This document shows, piece by piece, positions 36,284 through 49,265 of a DNA stretch of 64,000 bases. The translations under genes were made by a program, and so were the position numbers. Position 1 is the stretch's first letter, and each line of letters begins with the position of its first letter. The DNA is from Styela clava (Eukaryota): NCBI RefSeq assembly GCF_964204865.1, contig NC_135253.1, positions 18,662,001 to 18,726,000 of the forward strand, read 5' to 3'. The notes under the pieces were generated by a model. The model was not told the DNA's origin, made no database searches, and saw only the letters and a program-made list of their open reading frames with translations.

Positions 36284-39200
36284 ATGGATTACCTCCATCA
36301 TAGTGGAGTTGATGTCGTACGCTATGTTCAGACATCACTAGCAGAAAGTAAGAATGCGATGTTGCTTATGTCAAAAGCTGGAGATCCAAGGAATGCATTT
36401 CTTATTTATTTTCCATTGGTAGGTCTTGAATCAAGCTGTGTTCTCCATATGCGTTATTAAGAAAGTAAAATCGCAAATAACCATAATAAGTTCGCATAGA
36501 GGAGTTTCAACTATGGCACAATGAAATTTATTTCAAACATTTAAGGGGTATATACAGTGGTGGGATTCAGCCGGTTCGCACCGGTTTTATAGAATTGTCT
36601 CACAGAATTTCATGAGATCATACCTGGTTACTGTCAATGTTCTGTTTGCAACAGAGGCTGAAAAATATTACTTTTGTGAAGGAACCGGCTGACAAAACTT
36701 TGAATCCCACGACCGGGTATATACCATTGATGCAAGCTTCGAAATAGTCCAGATATTTGCAAACTGTGACATGAGCAATTATACTTCTTAAAATTAAGGA
36801 AAGAATCATCTCATTGTATAACCACTGTCGCGTACTTGGAATCACAATCAGCTCTTTTTAGTTTGAGATACCATGGCCTTGGCTGGTGTTTTACTTAGTA
36901 TGTGGTTCACTTTATGACATGCAACCACTATTCACAGATTTATGCATTGAGTCATCATCATGGTAGAAGGATAATGTGGGCTGGAGTGGTGTCAGAATGG
37001 CTTAATATTGTCTTTAAATGGTGAGTAATCTGGTAGGGTCATGTATAATGTTATTTCTATATATAGGAAGTGAATAGTACATTATTCAGAGACATTAGTA
37101 ACTTTAGTACATATTGTTCTTCCTATTGGCAGTGGCTTGTTATAAAAAAAATTCCTCCTGTGACAAATTTCGGGTGAAGTGGTCGAACCTTGGGTGAATA
37201 GTTGACAGTTTGTGTAAAAATTGTCTTATGAATATAATTCACAATGTGCTTGAACATTCAGGGTTCTATTCGGACATCGGCCATACTGGTGGGTTCATGA
37301 ATATAAACATTATACTGCTGATGAAATGGAACAATTCCACCTAACATGTGAGACTGGGCCTGGAAGTCCATCAGGTCATGCAATGGTTACTGCTGCTGTT
37401 TTTTATATTATTGCTGATGCAAGTTCTTCCAGGATGCCAAGGTCAGCTCATAATGGTTAATTTTTATAAAAAAAAAGCTGTAATGTGAACCGTGCATACA
37501 TCAATTTGTGCGATATGAATTTTAAATCGTGCATTTATCCAGTAATCCATTCATCTGTTTCAATAAGACATACTATACTCTCTCTGGATTCTCAAATTCT
37601 GTTTGCAAACAGCGATGCTGAACAAAAAAGTTCTATGTCTCGAAAGCAAAACCTTCTAAGAACCCATATGGAAGTGTGCTGCACATGATACTATGTTTCT
37701 AACCTTATTTTTTTCTTAGGTTCCTTCCTTATTTGATTTTCCTGATTGCAATGATTCCTGTAAATCTAGCCAGAATATTTATTGCTGCTCATTTCCCACA
37801 TCAGGTTAGTACAAGAGAGTGTTACAAACTTGCAACCTAGAAATCTGCTTCAAATTATTTACAAGAGAACATTTCATTCATTGTTGATTCTTGATGCTGA
37901 GTGCTACCCTAGCCAATTTTACTTGTAACGGTTGTGTATGAGAGTACTATTGGGCTTCCTCAACACTTCTTCACCCTTGCACTTCGTCATATGATCAATC
38001 TTTCCCTGGACATGTGTGACGCTCAAAGTAAAGTTCCATCCTATTCAAGGTTTAAAAAAATTCCACTCAGGCTGTGATGCGAGACAAGAAAATATTTCTG
38101 ATTATCGGATATTTCCTTAGTAAAAAAACTTTTCGAATGAGCAGTGGCTGCATATTTCTTTGAGGTTCAATAGTTTTCTGAAAAATAGACATTGCACTGA
38201 CTTGTACTTAACAGGTTATTGCGGGAACAATATGTGGAATTGTTATTGCTGTTTGTCTAGACAAGTACACAGATGTTCAGCATTGGCATTGCAAAGATTA
38301 TTTGAAAATCGCAATAGGATTATTTTTCTCTTGCATAGGTAAGCCAAATAATAATATGGAAAAATGTACATTGCCTCATACAAAACAAAACCATACAAAC
38401 AAAAAATTGAATCTTTTTTACGGTCTTGGAAAAAACTCCAATAATTGGTAATGTTCATTGTCAAAAAAATTTTTCCAAGAATTTTAATTATGCGGAATTC
38501 ACTACTGTTTTCATGATTGTATCAACTTGAACTGCTTCCATTCTTGGATTATTCGCTGGCACATAACGGACCACCATATTTCTATACAGCGTCAGTAACT
38601 CTCAACAATTCAGTAGTAGCATGTAACTTTGCCCTGTGATAACTCTTCTTTACTTCTTGATGTGTGTGACCTTGGCATCTTGATTTGAGCAAACAGTCAT
38701 AAAAAGTCACCTTCTGAATCTGATGAAAAGTTGGCAGATGGATGATTTCTTTATGTTACAAAAATTCACTGCTTTATACAGGATTCAGCTGGACGCTCGG
38801 ACAGTTAGGTGTGGATTTCCACTGGACTTTGTCGCTGGCTAACAAATGGTGTAAAAACCCTGAAGAGTGGGTCAGTCTCAATACTACACCATACAACTCT
38901 TTGATAAGGGACGTGTTCATCTTAGCTGGTTTTGGTTTGGCACAGTTGCTTGCAAGGAAACTGAAGATACATAAACACAGGGGGCTGCTTTTCAACGCTT
39001 TAGAATGTATTTTAAGTGTTCTAGCAGTAAATGCTTTAGAATTATACCACTTTGCACACACTTCTATGCTATCTTTCTATATATTCAGTGCCATTAAACA
39101 CACACTAATTCCCTTTCTTGTAGTATTTATTATTCCTTTCATTCTTTCAAAATTTTCCTCTCATCACCCAGTGACATCGTATTCACACAAGACAGATTAG
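36284..39200 (+). CDS. G6PC: Glucose-6-phosphatase family protein (6 exons, 341 aa)
   Basis: Exons 36284-36418, 36938-37020, 37262-37441, 37720-37804, 38215-38338, 38782-39200. PAP2 motifs [35 protein letters not shown]; also [14 protein letters not shown]...TTPY. Confidence 0.93.
36555..36715. mobile_element. hAT-like MITE in G6PC intron 1
   Basis: CAGTGGTGGGATTCA / TGAATCCCACGACCG; perfect TSD GGTATATA. Confidence 0.85.
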
Positions 39201-39412
39201 CATTTTTATAAACAATGTAGGTGAGATACTGGTGCATATAATAGGTAATTGTGATTTTATATATATTGTTATGACGTTCCAAAATAAACTGGTGCAATTG
39301 CAGTTGTTTGAATATTTCTATTTGAGAGAAGTACAAATGAACTTAGCAGCATTTAGCATCCTTTAACTTGACATGCATACTTTTTGGATTTCCACAGGAC
39401 CAATTCTTTTTT

Positions 39413-39508
39413 TATACAAAAAGTGCTCAATCTACTTCCAGAACCTTGAACTCAATATGTGACTTAAATGGAGTTCCAGTGGAAGTAGATTTGTGCACTT
39501 TTCGTATA
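39413..39508. repeat. Short foldback (inverted repeat), probably a TA-flanked mini-MITE
   Basis: TATACAAAAAGTGCTCAATCTACTTCCA and TGGAAGTAGATTTGTGCACTTTTCGTATA are near-perfect 28-29-nt arms. Confidence 0.8.
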
Positions 39509-40050
39509 TATGGAAAAAGAAATAAATCCATGTTTGGTAGTTCTCGACAGGACCAGATTCCGAAATCAGGATGAAGTGCCAGTTACAAAGCATAGACAAT
39601 AAGTTTATTTAAGCCAGCCTAATGGCCAATTCAGTTACCAATCCACACCAGATATGTGAATGAATAACTGTTGCTTGAGCACGGCTGGATAACGACTGTC
39701 TAAGCGCATCAGCAACCCAATACATTAAAATAGCAAAATGAACAAGATCATGATGACTGGATAATTTATTTACAATAAAACAATTCCCACCGGAACCCCA
39801 ACAAAAGCATAAAAATCTTAAAACATTAATCTGTAAAACACCACACAATATTGTCCTGATTTTCAGGTCTTTCCTCTCATATCTTGTTGACCGGTCTGTA
39901 ACATGATTGCACTAAGATCGTTAGAGATGTTCAATCAATCCAATAAGTTATTTCTCCAGGAATTTAAATAACATATAAATTTGTAATCCAAAATTTACTG
40001 CATCAGGAAATTCAGTTTGATTGATGGACACTTCCAACAATATTAAGAAT

Positions 40051-40732
40051 TCATGTTTGTGGAGACTTTGTAGGTGCTTTTGCTTTTTTTCTGTCTCTTT
40101 TCTTTAGCGCATCAAAATTTCCTCGTAATACGCTTGTGTATGCCATTTGAAATCGATTAATGTCTTTAGCTGTAACGACTGTGCTGATTTTCTTTTTTCC
40201 ATTGCTCGCTCGTATCAAACATAAGTCGTGTTGAACTGGTTCAAGTGGCGAGGAAGGTCTGGAATTAAAGTTTTCAGATAAATAACGAGCAATTGTTGTT
40301 TAATTCAAGAGTCCTACTGTGCATTGAGGCAGGAATGGGAGTTATTCTCATGTAACCCCAACTCATGGTGCAATTATTGGGTTATATTTTTAGCCACTAA
40401 ATAGTACAATTCATTTTAGTTTCATTTCTACAATTATATGACACCCATCTTCCTTTCTGTTCAAAATGAGTGATTTGACTTGAGGCACAATGGAAAAGTT
40501 AGTTTATATGTGTAGTGGTAAATATAAAATTTATTAATTGAGTAAATAATAGAATGAAGGTTGAGAGGCCTTTATAATAATACCTTGTCCGGTTAGGTTT
40601 ATCTGGTTTCGGTGTTGGTTTTGTTCGTCCATCATATTTCTTCATAGTTAAATTAACAGTTCCTGAAGTTCTGCTCTTTTGATATAGTGTTGTCAATTCG
40701 ATTAGAAACGCATCGTTTTCAAGCAGAACCAT
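40051..40732 (-). CDS. SRP14: Signal recognition particle 14 kDa protein (2 exons, 118 aa)
   Basis: Exons 40732-40584 and 40258-40051: MVLLENDAFLIELTTLYQKSR..TMKKYDGRTKP, CLIRASNGKKKISTVV, FQMAY..VLRGNFDALKKRD. Confidence 0.96.
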
Positions 40733-41212
40733 CTTGTATCGAAGAACTCTTGATATCTAATTTAAAACTGAAAAAAGTAAGCACACATTGAATAAATTAA
40801 TAATATAGCGACTGGTGTTTTTAGAAGTACAATATCACTTTTATTAAACTTTATTTGTTATCACTATTGAAACTAGCAATGGGATATTGTAAAATATTGA
40901 TTAGGCACATTTTTTCACATAGACTTATTACATTCTTGCCGCAAAAGATTCGAGAAAAAAATAATTTTAGAACAGCCTTTTTAATATAGAATATATTTTA
41001 AATAATTGATAATATCACATTGATTTAATTTTGAATTTACTAATACAATATGAACAATTTCAGATATTTTATTCATTTTTGACATCTTGTAAGCAACTTT
41101 AGTAAAACTTTGTATTGTTCACATTTACATGACATAAATATTTTGTCACAAAAAACTAAATTTTATTTTGAATGAAAGCTGTCAAGCAAAATAAACATCA
41201 AATGCACAAGAG

Positions 41213-42115
41213 TTAATATGACAAAGCATGTTCTTCAGATTCCACTTGTCTAATATTAATATTGATGCGAGCATTTTGCAGGTAAAAAGAAAGAAAATCG
41301 TCATTTTCAAACTTTAGTCTGGTCGATGGCATGATACGTGGCACAGCATGATAGGCTGTGCGAGCTTTTCCACTCATAATCAGAACATCGCCAGACCTGA
41401 GAAGCAAAGGAATTGGCTTGATGTCCTTTTCTTCACCACCTATCAGGAAAATGGCATCCAAACCAAGGCTTATTGAGAATAATGGTATGGTTAAATCTGC
41501 CTCAGATATGTCTTTATGGGGCGATAGTGTTGACCCTACGTGATAATAGTTTATAATTGCGGCTTCTGGGGTGTAATTTTTGAAACCCAATGCATCGAAT
41601 ACTTCTGAACAAATGTTTGCGAGTTCAGAAGGAAAATCGGATTTTGATTCTCTTTCATATCTTCTTGTATTCCAATTATGGTGATATCCAATAGTACTCC
41701 ATCTAATTTTCCATATCGGTGTCGTTTTCAAGAAATCAAAATCTCTTTTTTCGTTACAAGATTTGAAAGCTTCAACACTGTCACTCCAAGCAGTGTCAAT
41801 TGATTCTTTACTTTGAAAAGGGTCTAAATTGGTAGAGTAGGGTGATACAGTGAAATCTTTGACACATTTTTTTGCCCAGTGCTTTTGTTCCTCATCAGAA
41901 AATATACCTTTAGCAAAGTATAACCCAGAAACATCATTAACAGAATAGATTTCCCATGTCCTAGAAGCATTTGGTAATTCAACTTTTGATACTTTTCCAT
42001 CAAGGGTCGAAACGTGTTCGAAATCTATTACATTTTCGAATGAAGGAGTAACAGCTTTCTGTTTGTAATATTTAAATTCAGATTTGAAGTTGTCAATTAC
42101 TTCAACAGCTGACAT
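41213..42115 (-). CDS. ALKBH1: AlkB homolog 1, Fe(II)/2-oxoglutarate dioxygenase (300 aa, intronless CDS)
   Basis: FKYYKQ, KIRWSTIGYHHNW, PEAAIINYY, HKD (HxD), LRSGDVLIMSG..R.AYHAVPRI, RININIRQV. First ATG at 42115. Confidence 0.95.
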   Translation of the reverse strand: MSAVEVIDNFKSEFKYYKQKAVTPSFENVIDFEHVSTLDGKVSKVELPNASRTWEIYSVNDVSGLYFAKGIFSDEEQKHWAKKCVKDFTVSPYSTNLDPFQSKESIDTAWSDSVEAFKSCNEKRDFDFLKTTPIWKIRWSTIGYHHNWNTRRYERESKSDFPSELANICSEVFDALGFKNYTPEAAIINYYHVGSTLSPHKDISEADLTIPLFSISLGLDAIFLIGGEEKDIKPIPLLLRSGDVLIMSGKARTAYHAVPRIMPSTRLKFENDDFLSFYLQNARININIRQVESEEHALSY

Positions 42116-42195
42116 GTCATAGCTTATATAACACAACAAGATAAAATTTTCTATTAGAGAATCAAAGTTTGCAAATTAGTGATATATTTTTGATA

Positions 42196-42438
42196 TTACT
42201 CTGGCCCGCCTCGTTGAATGTATTCCACTTCGTGAATGTCTATAAGTCTTCTACGAAATCTTTGAGGTACAACTCTGAAAACTTCTATAGTGTCTGGCTC
42301 GCTGGCAGTTCTTGATTGAGTTATATTCGGTATGGCTTGAGCTGTTGGTGCTTCTGGAATTTTTGGCGTCCACTTTAGTCGTGTTGGAAACTTAATCAAT
42401 GGTACATGTGCTTTCACAGTTTGTATCGCACGACTCAT
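42196..42438 (-). CDS. KGD4: Alpha-ketoglutarate dehydrogenase component 4 / MRPS36 (80 aa)
   Basis: VKAHVPLIKFP near the N-terminus and PQRFRRR..EVEYIQRGGPE at the C-terminus are diagnostic of MRPS36/KGD4. Confidence 0.93.
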   Translation of the reverse strand: MSRAIQTVKAHVPLIKFPTRLKWTPKIPEAPTAQAIPNITQSRTASEPDTIEVFRVVPQRFRRRLIDIHEVEYIQRGGPE

Positions 42439-42519
42439 TGTGTAAAGAATTAATTGAGACCAAAAATATTTTGCATTGAATACTGATTGCTGAAATTGAG
42501 ATAAAAAATTGTTTTGCAG

Positions 42520-42691
42520 TCAAAAGCTTTCGCTAAAATACCGTACCGAACAAAAGAAAAAAAATAGTGCGGCCATGTCGTCTAAATCAGGACAAATATA
42601 ATCAAGAGCTTTCGCAAAAAGATCGCACCTACCGAACATTTTACAAAAAAAAAAAAATACTGCAGCCACGTCATCCAAATCAGGATAAATA
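42520..42691. repeat. Diverged ~85-bp tandem duplication upstream of KGD4
   Basis: tcaaRagctttcgc...taccgaaca...tgcRgccaYgtcRtcYaaatcaggaYaaatata occurs twice. Confidence 0.75.
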
Positions 42692-43599
42692 TAAACAAAA
42701 AGGGTCACCTGAAGTACGCGCCCTCAAGAACTTCTAGTGTGCGTACTGCGTAGCATACCGATTTTATAGGTATAATATTTCTTACCCCCACCTTAGTACG
42801 TCTCCGAAAAATTAAATCACTGTCGCACAATCGCGTCATATACGGTACCGTAGCTATGATTGTCCGAAATGGCATCTGTGCCGAGTATAATGAACTTACT
42901 AACGTCAACGATCTCTCTCTTATCGCTATCGTTTCGACAAGAAGCGATATGTTACCGTTTTATATTCCTAACCCCCACCTGACGTGGTGATTTAAAGATG
43001 TTGAAGATTACTAATACAAACTCGTGATCATTCCCTACTACTGTCAGACTGTAGTTGTAGTATAATGTTTCCCTCTCTTCTGCGCTGTTTCGCGCTCTAT
43101 TCAGTTGAGTAGTAAGACCGTCCGTAGGCTACCGGTATTCCTAACGCTTACAGTACCGGTAGCACGAGGACCCACACCGTTTACCCCACCAAGACTCTGC
43201 TACCGGTACCGTACGGGTACAGGTACGGTGGACTACCGTATATTCTGATATTAACAAAATCGTTACCGGTACCGTATGCTACCGACTAGACAGACTAGAG
43301 GGCGCATACGGTCCGAGACCCCAGTTATTCGTTCAGAAAAATGGACTTAAAAATCAGCATTTTAAACCTAAATGGTATCGTTAAATATGACAGTTACCGT
43401 ACCATGTTATGCTAAACTGCACCTCGCACTTCAGCGTTCCCCTTTACAAGGCACAAAGTCACACACACCACAAAACAAGCAATCGTGTGTATCCGAATCG
43501 TTCAACATTACATAGGCTACTAGCGGGCGAAAGAGCGAACGTAAGTTTTCTTTTGAACTCCCCTGTGCAGCAAGTCGCAACATCGCCAATCGGGAAATA

Positions 43600-43802
43600 G
43601 GTTCCATTACATTTGAACCCACGTACATTTGAACCCATGACAATTGCACCTGTATGCTATTGCACCTATGGAATTTTTTTTGTTTCACGGATAGTTAAAC
43701 CCATACTAACCCTAACCCATGGGTTTTAGCACCCGCATATAGATTGTACCCATGGATATACGCATGGGTTCAAATGTACATGGGTTCAAATGTACGGTCA
43801 CC
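43600..43802. mobile_element. GG...CC-terminated MITE (Merlin-like, second family)
   Basis: TIRs built of repeated TACATTTGAACCCA; flanking direct repeat GGGAAATA (extends to CGGGAAATAG); internal CTAACCCTAACCC. Confidence 0.85.
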
Positions 43803-43994
43803 GGGAAATAGATTGAACTGTTTTTAAACCAACGACTAACATACCGACATTTATTTATTTTTGAAGCAGGTTTTGTCACAAATTTTACTCAGTATTTTAC
43901 CCTAACAATTCCTTTATTTTTTGGAAAAGATAAGAAAATATCATTATATTTATATAGCTATACCAATATATAATATCCTCATTGCGCTATAGTT

Positions 43995-44265
43995 CAGTGG
44001 TTCTCAACCATTTTTTCTTTCATGGCCCATTAAATTTTTATTGCAAGGGAAAACTACAAGAAAAATCAAGATCTTCCGGCAAAAATAGACACTCTAACCG
44101 TAAATATCTCTAGCGTTTATGATTAGAATGGGAATTACTACTCAGTAGCAGAAAACAGCATCTTCATTAATTGCTGCTACAATCAAAATTACTTATTGTG
44201 TCATAAATAAAACTAGCAACTTTCAACCGATCTGTGGGCCATGGCCCACTAGTTGAGAAGCAGTG
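43995..44265. mobile_element. hAT (Charlie-like) MITE
   Basis: CAGTGGTTCTCAAC / GTTGAGAAGCAGTG termini; TSD degenerate. Confidence 0.55.
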
Positions 44266-44309
44266 CGCTATACTATTTTATCTGAGCGGGAATGAATCTA
44301 ATATTAGTT

Positions 44310-44540
44310 GGAAGGAAGGAAGGATTTACCTATTTATCCCGGGGGAGACGAAAGCCGATAAGACGGCTTAATCGTATGGCGAACTACGGCCTCTCTTCCG
44401 GTTACCGATCCAGGTCGGGTATGGGATTAGTTAGCTAGTTATTTGTTTTCGGAAGCATGATATTGATGATTGAGGAAGCCGTAACCGACCAGCTGTTATG
44501 TGAACCACTCTACGGCGGCAAGGACTCCAGCAATGGACCT
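44310..44540 (-). mobile_element. SINE-like retroposon (best-preserved copy)
   Basis: Minus strand ends ...ccccgggataaataggtaaatcc(ttcc)n. The 3' end is shared with three other copies whose 5' ends vary. No clear Pol III A/B box seen. Confidence 0.7.
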
Positions 44541-47500
44541 TTCCCCGACCTTTGACCCCCGAAAAATTCTTCTCATACTTTACCATTGCAAAATTTTCGG
44601 GGCTATTTTAAGAGTGCTTTTGCGAGTTTGCGCCTGTAGAATGGGGTATGTGTTTCAAACCATCATCATGATTCATCTCATACAACAATCTGTTTTTTAA
44701 AAATAACGGTAGAGAATTTCAGCCTAGTCTATCACAGCTATTTCTACACTAATTTTTTATTATTGCAATTAAATTAAAACTCCTAGAAAGACAGAGTGAT
44801 CATTGAATTATCTGATTTATATTTAAGTTTCCTAAACACAGCTGAAAACTAACGAATAGAGTTCAAAAACGCGAAAACGAGGTAATGTTTACGACCACGC
44901 TTGAAAAGCTGTCTGAGTGAGAAAAGTGTCTGAGCGGATGCGCAAAGGGAGCATTGTTACGTCACTTTTTGCATCTTGCTGATTGGCCAATGTCACGTAT
45001 AGACAAGGAAGTCGATGCTCGGGGAAGGGTCATCCTCTCGCACATGATCTATTTGCGGATCTTTTTCTATCAAAGACCACCCGTTTATAACAAAAAATAG
45101 TTTTTATTCAATGATGTTTTCAATTTATTATCCATTTGGGCCATAAAGCCGCCCCCGACACAACTTCCGCGACTAGGAAGGATATCATCTGCCCGAGCTT
45201 TTTAACACTTTCCATTATTTCGTCATAATTGATTTCGTGAAGCGTTGTGACGTCACTGTTAGGCTTGCACGTAAACGACCAAAATCAATTCCGTAATTAC
45301 GGCAAAATTGTTTACGTAATTCTGTAATTGTGATAGTTTAACTTACTTTGGCACTTGCCGACGAAACGAAATCGAACAAAATAAAACGGACGAATAGCCA
45401 AGCTAATAAGCAACATTTGCGTTGGAATAAACATATATTATTTGCAATACCCGAATAAAATGAACATTGCATTTTCTTGAACTTCGTATGAATCCGCATG
45501 TATTTCATACTTTGTTGCGGCGTTGACGAAGAAAGTTTCCATAATTCTTTGCTCAATTTAAGATCGAAAATTGAGTTTTATTTTTCGGCTTTCGTCTGTT
45601 ACGTTTTTTTTACACTTAAACCGAACGATAAAATCCGCGATGGGTACTAAATAATATTTAAAGCTTAAAGCTTTTTTAATAATATATATAATAATATATA
45701 TAATATTTATTTAAAAAATTTTATACGCTGTATATAAGATTGCAAGTAATAAAATAAAAATATCGTTATGCTCAGTCACTATCGAAGCTGAGGATGAAAA
45801 CAATTAATTGCGACACAATATATATACTTTTAGATTTAATGTCGTGGTCGCCCAGACTATATCTCAACTAAGTTGAAATACGAGTATAAGATAATAATTG
45901 TAGAATATTTTCACTCAAAACATCCTCGACGTTATAAGTACTTCAAGTCGGCGTTGATTTAAATCCTCTCGCGCCGGCTGTAATTTAATGTGGCGCGAAT
46001 GTTTACAATTACGATAAAACATAAAATAAGTGTGGAATACTTTCAATCAAAACGTGGATGGGCGGCGCTGGGATGTGCACCTGTCATTCGATATTCTTAT
46101 AAAAAGTAAAAACGATATTCGAAGGTTGTGATATTCGAAATCCGACATTCCAGGCCACGCTATTGCTTATAATACGATTACAAATAGTTACTTTATCGAA
46201 ATTAATCTTCACATTCGTTAGAACTTCTCGGGTGCAATGCAAACGCCTCGCCTAGATCCGAAATCAGACATGAAATAAACAGTGTTCTCACATGTTCTTA
46301 AGTCTTAGCCTATGTGCCTACAGGCCCACGTGCAGTGGTTCCTAACCGCCGGTCCGCAAAGGATTTCTACCGGTCCGCGGAAAATCCCGTCGTTTTGTTG
46401 TTTCTCTGCCGTCTGAATCGCTTCACCGATGCCGAAAAGACGAAGTTGTGTTAGTTTATTACGCAATATATATTCCGTCGTCGTATTGCTGTTTGATAAT
46501 CGCAACATTAATTATCACGGCGACGTATTGGCGCCGTGTAATCAATAGCTCTTTCGCTTTTTCCGTTCCGATTGGTCGCGAAAGCGCTTCGTTAAATTTC
46601 GCGAGATCGAGAAACCTAAAAATCAGCATTTGTGTTGAAAGGATATGGATATTTTGCTGTTTATTCCCCCAAGTCGAAATAAAACAGCCAAAAACAGTAT
46701 GATATTCCATGGTTCATATATCAAGTGTTGATATTAACAATAAAGAATGGTTAAGCATTACTAAATGCTAATCAACACTCGGTGGGGAATTCCCACTATT
46801 TTAATACGGGCAACTATAAGAATAGAATAAAATAAAAACGCATATATAATATATATATACCATAAGTAATGGCAAACTGGAACAAGTAAATAATACATAA
46901 AAGTAAAATAAATACAAATAACGTAAAATAAATATATATATATATTTATATATCTGTCTTACTTATCTGGTTCGACGTTTCTAAAGTTACAAAAACGGTA
47001 TTGACACGCTTTATGTAAAATTAGGGATTGAAAAATATGACGCAAAAAGGCAAGGAAATTTTTCTTTACACAATTATCGTTGCTACCAGTTAGCGATAGC
47101 CGTCGGTAAATTATTACCCGTAACTCGTTGTAAATTAATGCTAATAAATTCTATTTTGCTTTTCAATGCGCTGTAATTTGTATTAATAAAAGTGATTGAC
47201 TCAGAAAAGGAAGTCTCCTTCTCTCTATTCGAGTACCCATAACGGCGGTAAAATTCGTACATGTCTGTTTCATGGAGAGAAATAAAAATACGCCTTCCGG
47301 AATTGCAATCAACAATCACGCACTCTTATTTATAATTATCAGCGCCGAATAAAAAAGATATCATATCGTGAAGTCAAAAAAGTCAGGCGGTGTTAATTGA
47401 GGTACGATGATAACGCACAGAATAATATCGTTTTGACTGGGAAACCAATATGCGCGACCGTAAAACGACGCTGTTGGTTTTTTGTAGATGAAATTTCACA

Positions 47501-49070
47501 TCAAAATTTCTCTCAAACGGGGCGACAACGCGTCATGCCTTCCCCCCTTTCGAGTTTTTGCATCTCGGATTCAAGCTTAGCGCGTATTAATTTGAATTTA
47601 TACTACAGTATAGGAAGACGTGCACTTGTGATGTTCACTGTCCGAGTCCAATTCACCTTGGTTGGCTTTTATATTGGGTACATTGCTGTTTTATTCATTA
47701 TATTTATTCATAGTCTTATTTCGGTGGGTGTGCAGAACGTGTTATATTGACGAAATATATATTTTTAAACATAAAAATAATGTAATTGAAACTAATTAGC
47801 TATTTTTGGGATTAGACATTGTAGATACTGAGAATTACATTCGTTTTTGGAATGTTTAGTTTTCAGGACTGGTGCATATACTAAAGTTGCAAAATTGCGT
47901 GTGTCCCCAAGTCATAGACACATTTCTGCCTAAGTCACAGTGCGCCATTATGACGTCACTTAACTGCGTCATACAAATTAACTTAAATCCGGATACGATC
48001 AAAAAATTGAACCATGGCAAATTATTGACTCTCAATGGCATAACAATATCATTAGGAAGTTTTTTACGTTTTTCTCAAAACTGCTAAAAATGAATTACGC
48101 AATTCGGCTATTAGCGTGACGATGCCCCCATGCTTGTCCAAAGAACCTACTTTCTGTCCCATCTCATGGAATTTCCATTGAAACACAATTCAATAAACAT
48201 GATTAGATTCATGAAAATTTAGATTTGGTGTCTACTAAATGGGACAATGTGTACAACGAGTCATGCAAAATTTATTGGCGACAAAATTTATTGACGTCGT
48301 TTACTTTAAAATTCAGAAGTAATGTCTAAATATGACGATTTAGTTAAACAGCCTCTAACGCTAAAGCTACTCGAAAAAGTTCCAAGTGGTCGGACAAACG
48401 CTTCCTCATCACAGAATCGACGCCAAACGGACTCTACGTCACAAAATCACACGTGTGTGACAGGTTCCCGAATTCAAATCACAAAAAAAATTCTTTGGTT
48501 TCGATTATGTCAAGTTTCATGCGGATCTTCCCGCCAGTTTCTCGGGAAAACTAGAATTGTATTCGCGCTCTATAATATATTATAAGGCTATTATCTATCA
48601 CGTACGAAAATTCCATTTTGAATAACAAGCCTGATAACGGAATGCATCTTCTAAATAATAATTTCATATACTCTGCTCTATTGTGTTTTACTTAAGATTA
48701 TTATCGTTCCATGACTTATGAAACCACCCTCGCGTCTTTTACTACAAATTTCTAACTAGGAATAAAAAAGGTTAAAGTAGTTCAACAACCAACACTCTAT
48801 CGCTCCCCCGCCTGACATTCATCGTCTTTCCAATTGAAAAGTTTTATACTCAAATAGCTTTATTGGTAACTGATGAAATAAAAATATCATGCCACGCCCG
48901 TAAGTGAAACGAGAAATGCAATCAAATCAATTCTTAGTATATTCATTCGTCGATTTAAAACGAGACCATTAAAAATAATCAAGAAAAACATACACAAGGA
49001 TACAACTTCGTTACACTCAAGTTCATGCTGGAACAATATTGAAGAAATATAAAATTAAAATTTAATATGC

Positions 49071-49265
49071 CAGGGTGTCCATGAAGTTCCTTTAGAATTT
49101 AAATTCCTAAGTCAGTTCTCAATATATCCTAACCAGGTTTGTTGTATTCAATCAGTAATTGTATAAGTATTTTTACTTCATTTAATGCATCCGTGAGGAC
49201 CAAAACAATATATATATGGTATTGTTAAATTCCCTTTGCAACTTTAAGACTATATGGACACCCTA
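49071..49265. mobile_element. Tc1/mariner-like MITE
   Basis: CAGGGTGTCCAT / ATGGACACCCTA termini. Confidence 0.65.

Noticed and set aside
44600-49000. Assorted 60-117-aa ORFs and a miR-155-like TTAATGCTAAT at about 47135
   Set aside because: No coherent gene model, and the miRNA-like match has no convincing hairpin. Probably decayed transposon and regulatory DNA, though a small gene could be missed.
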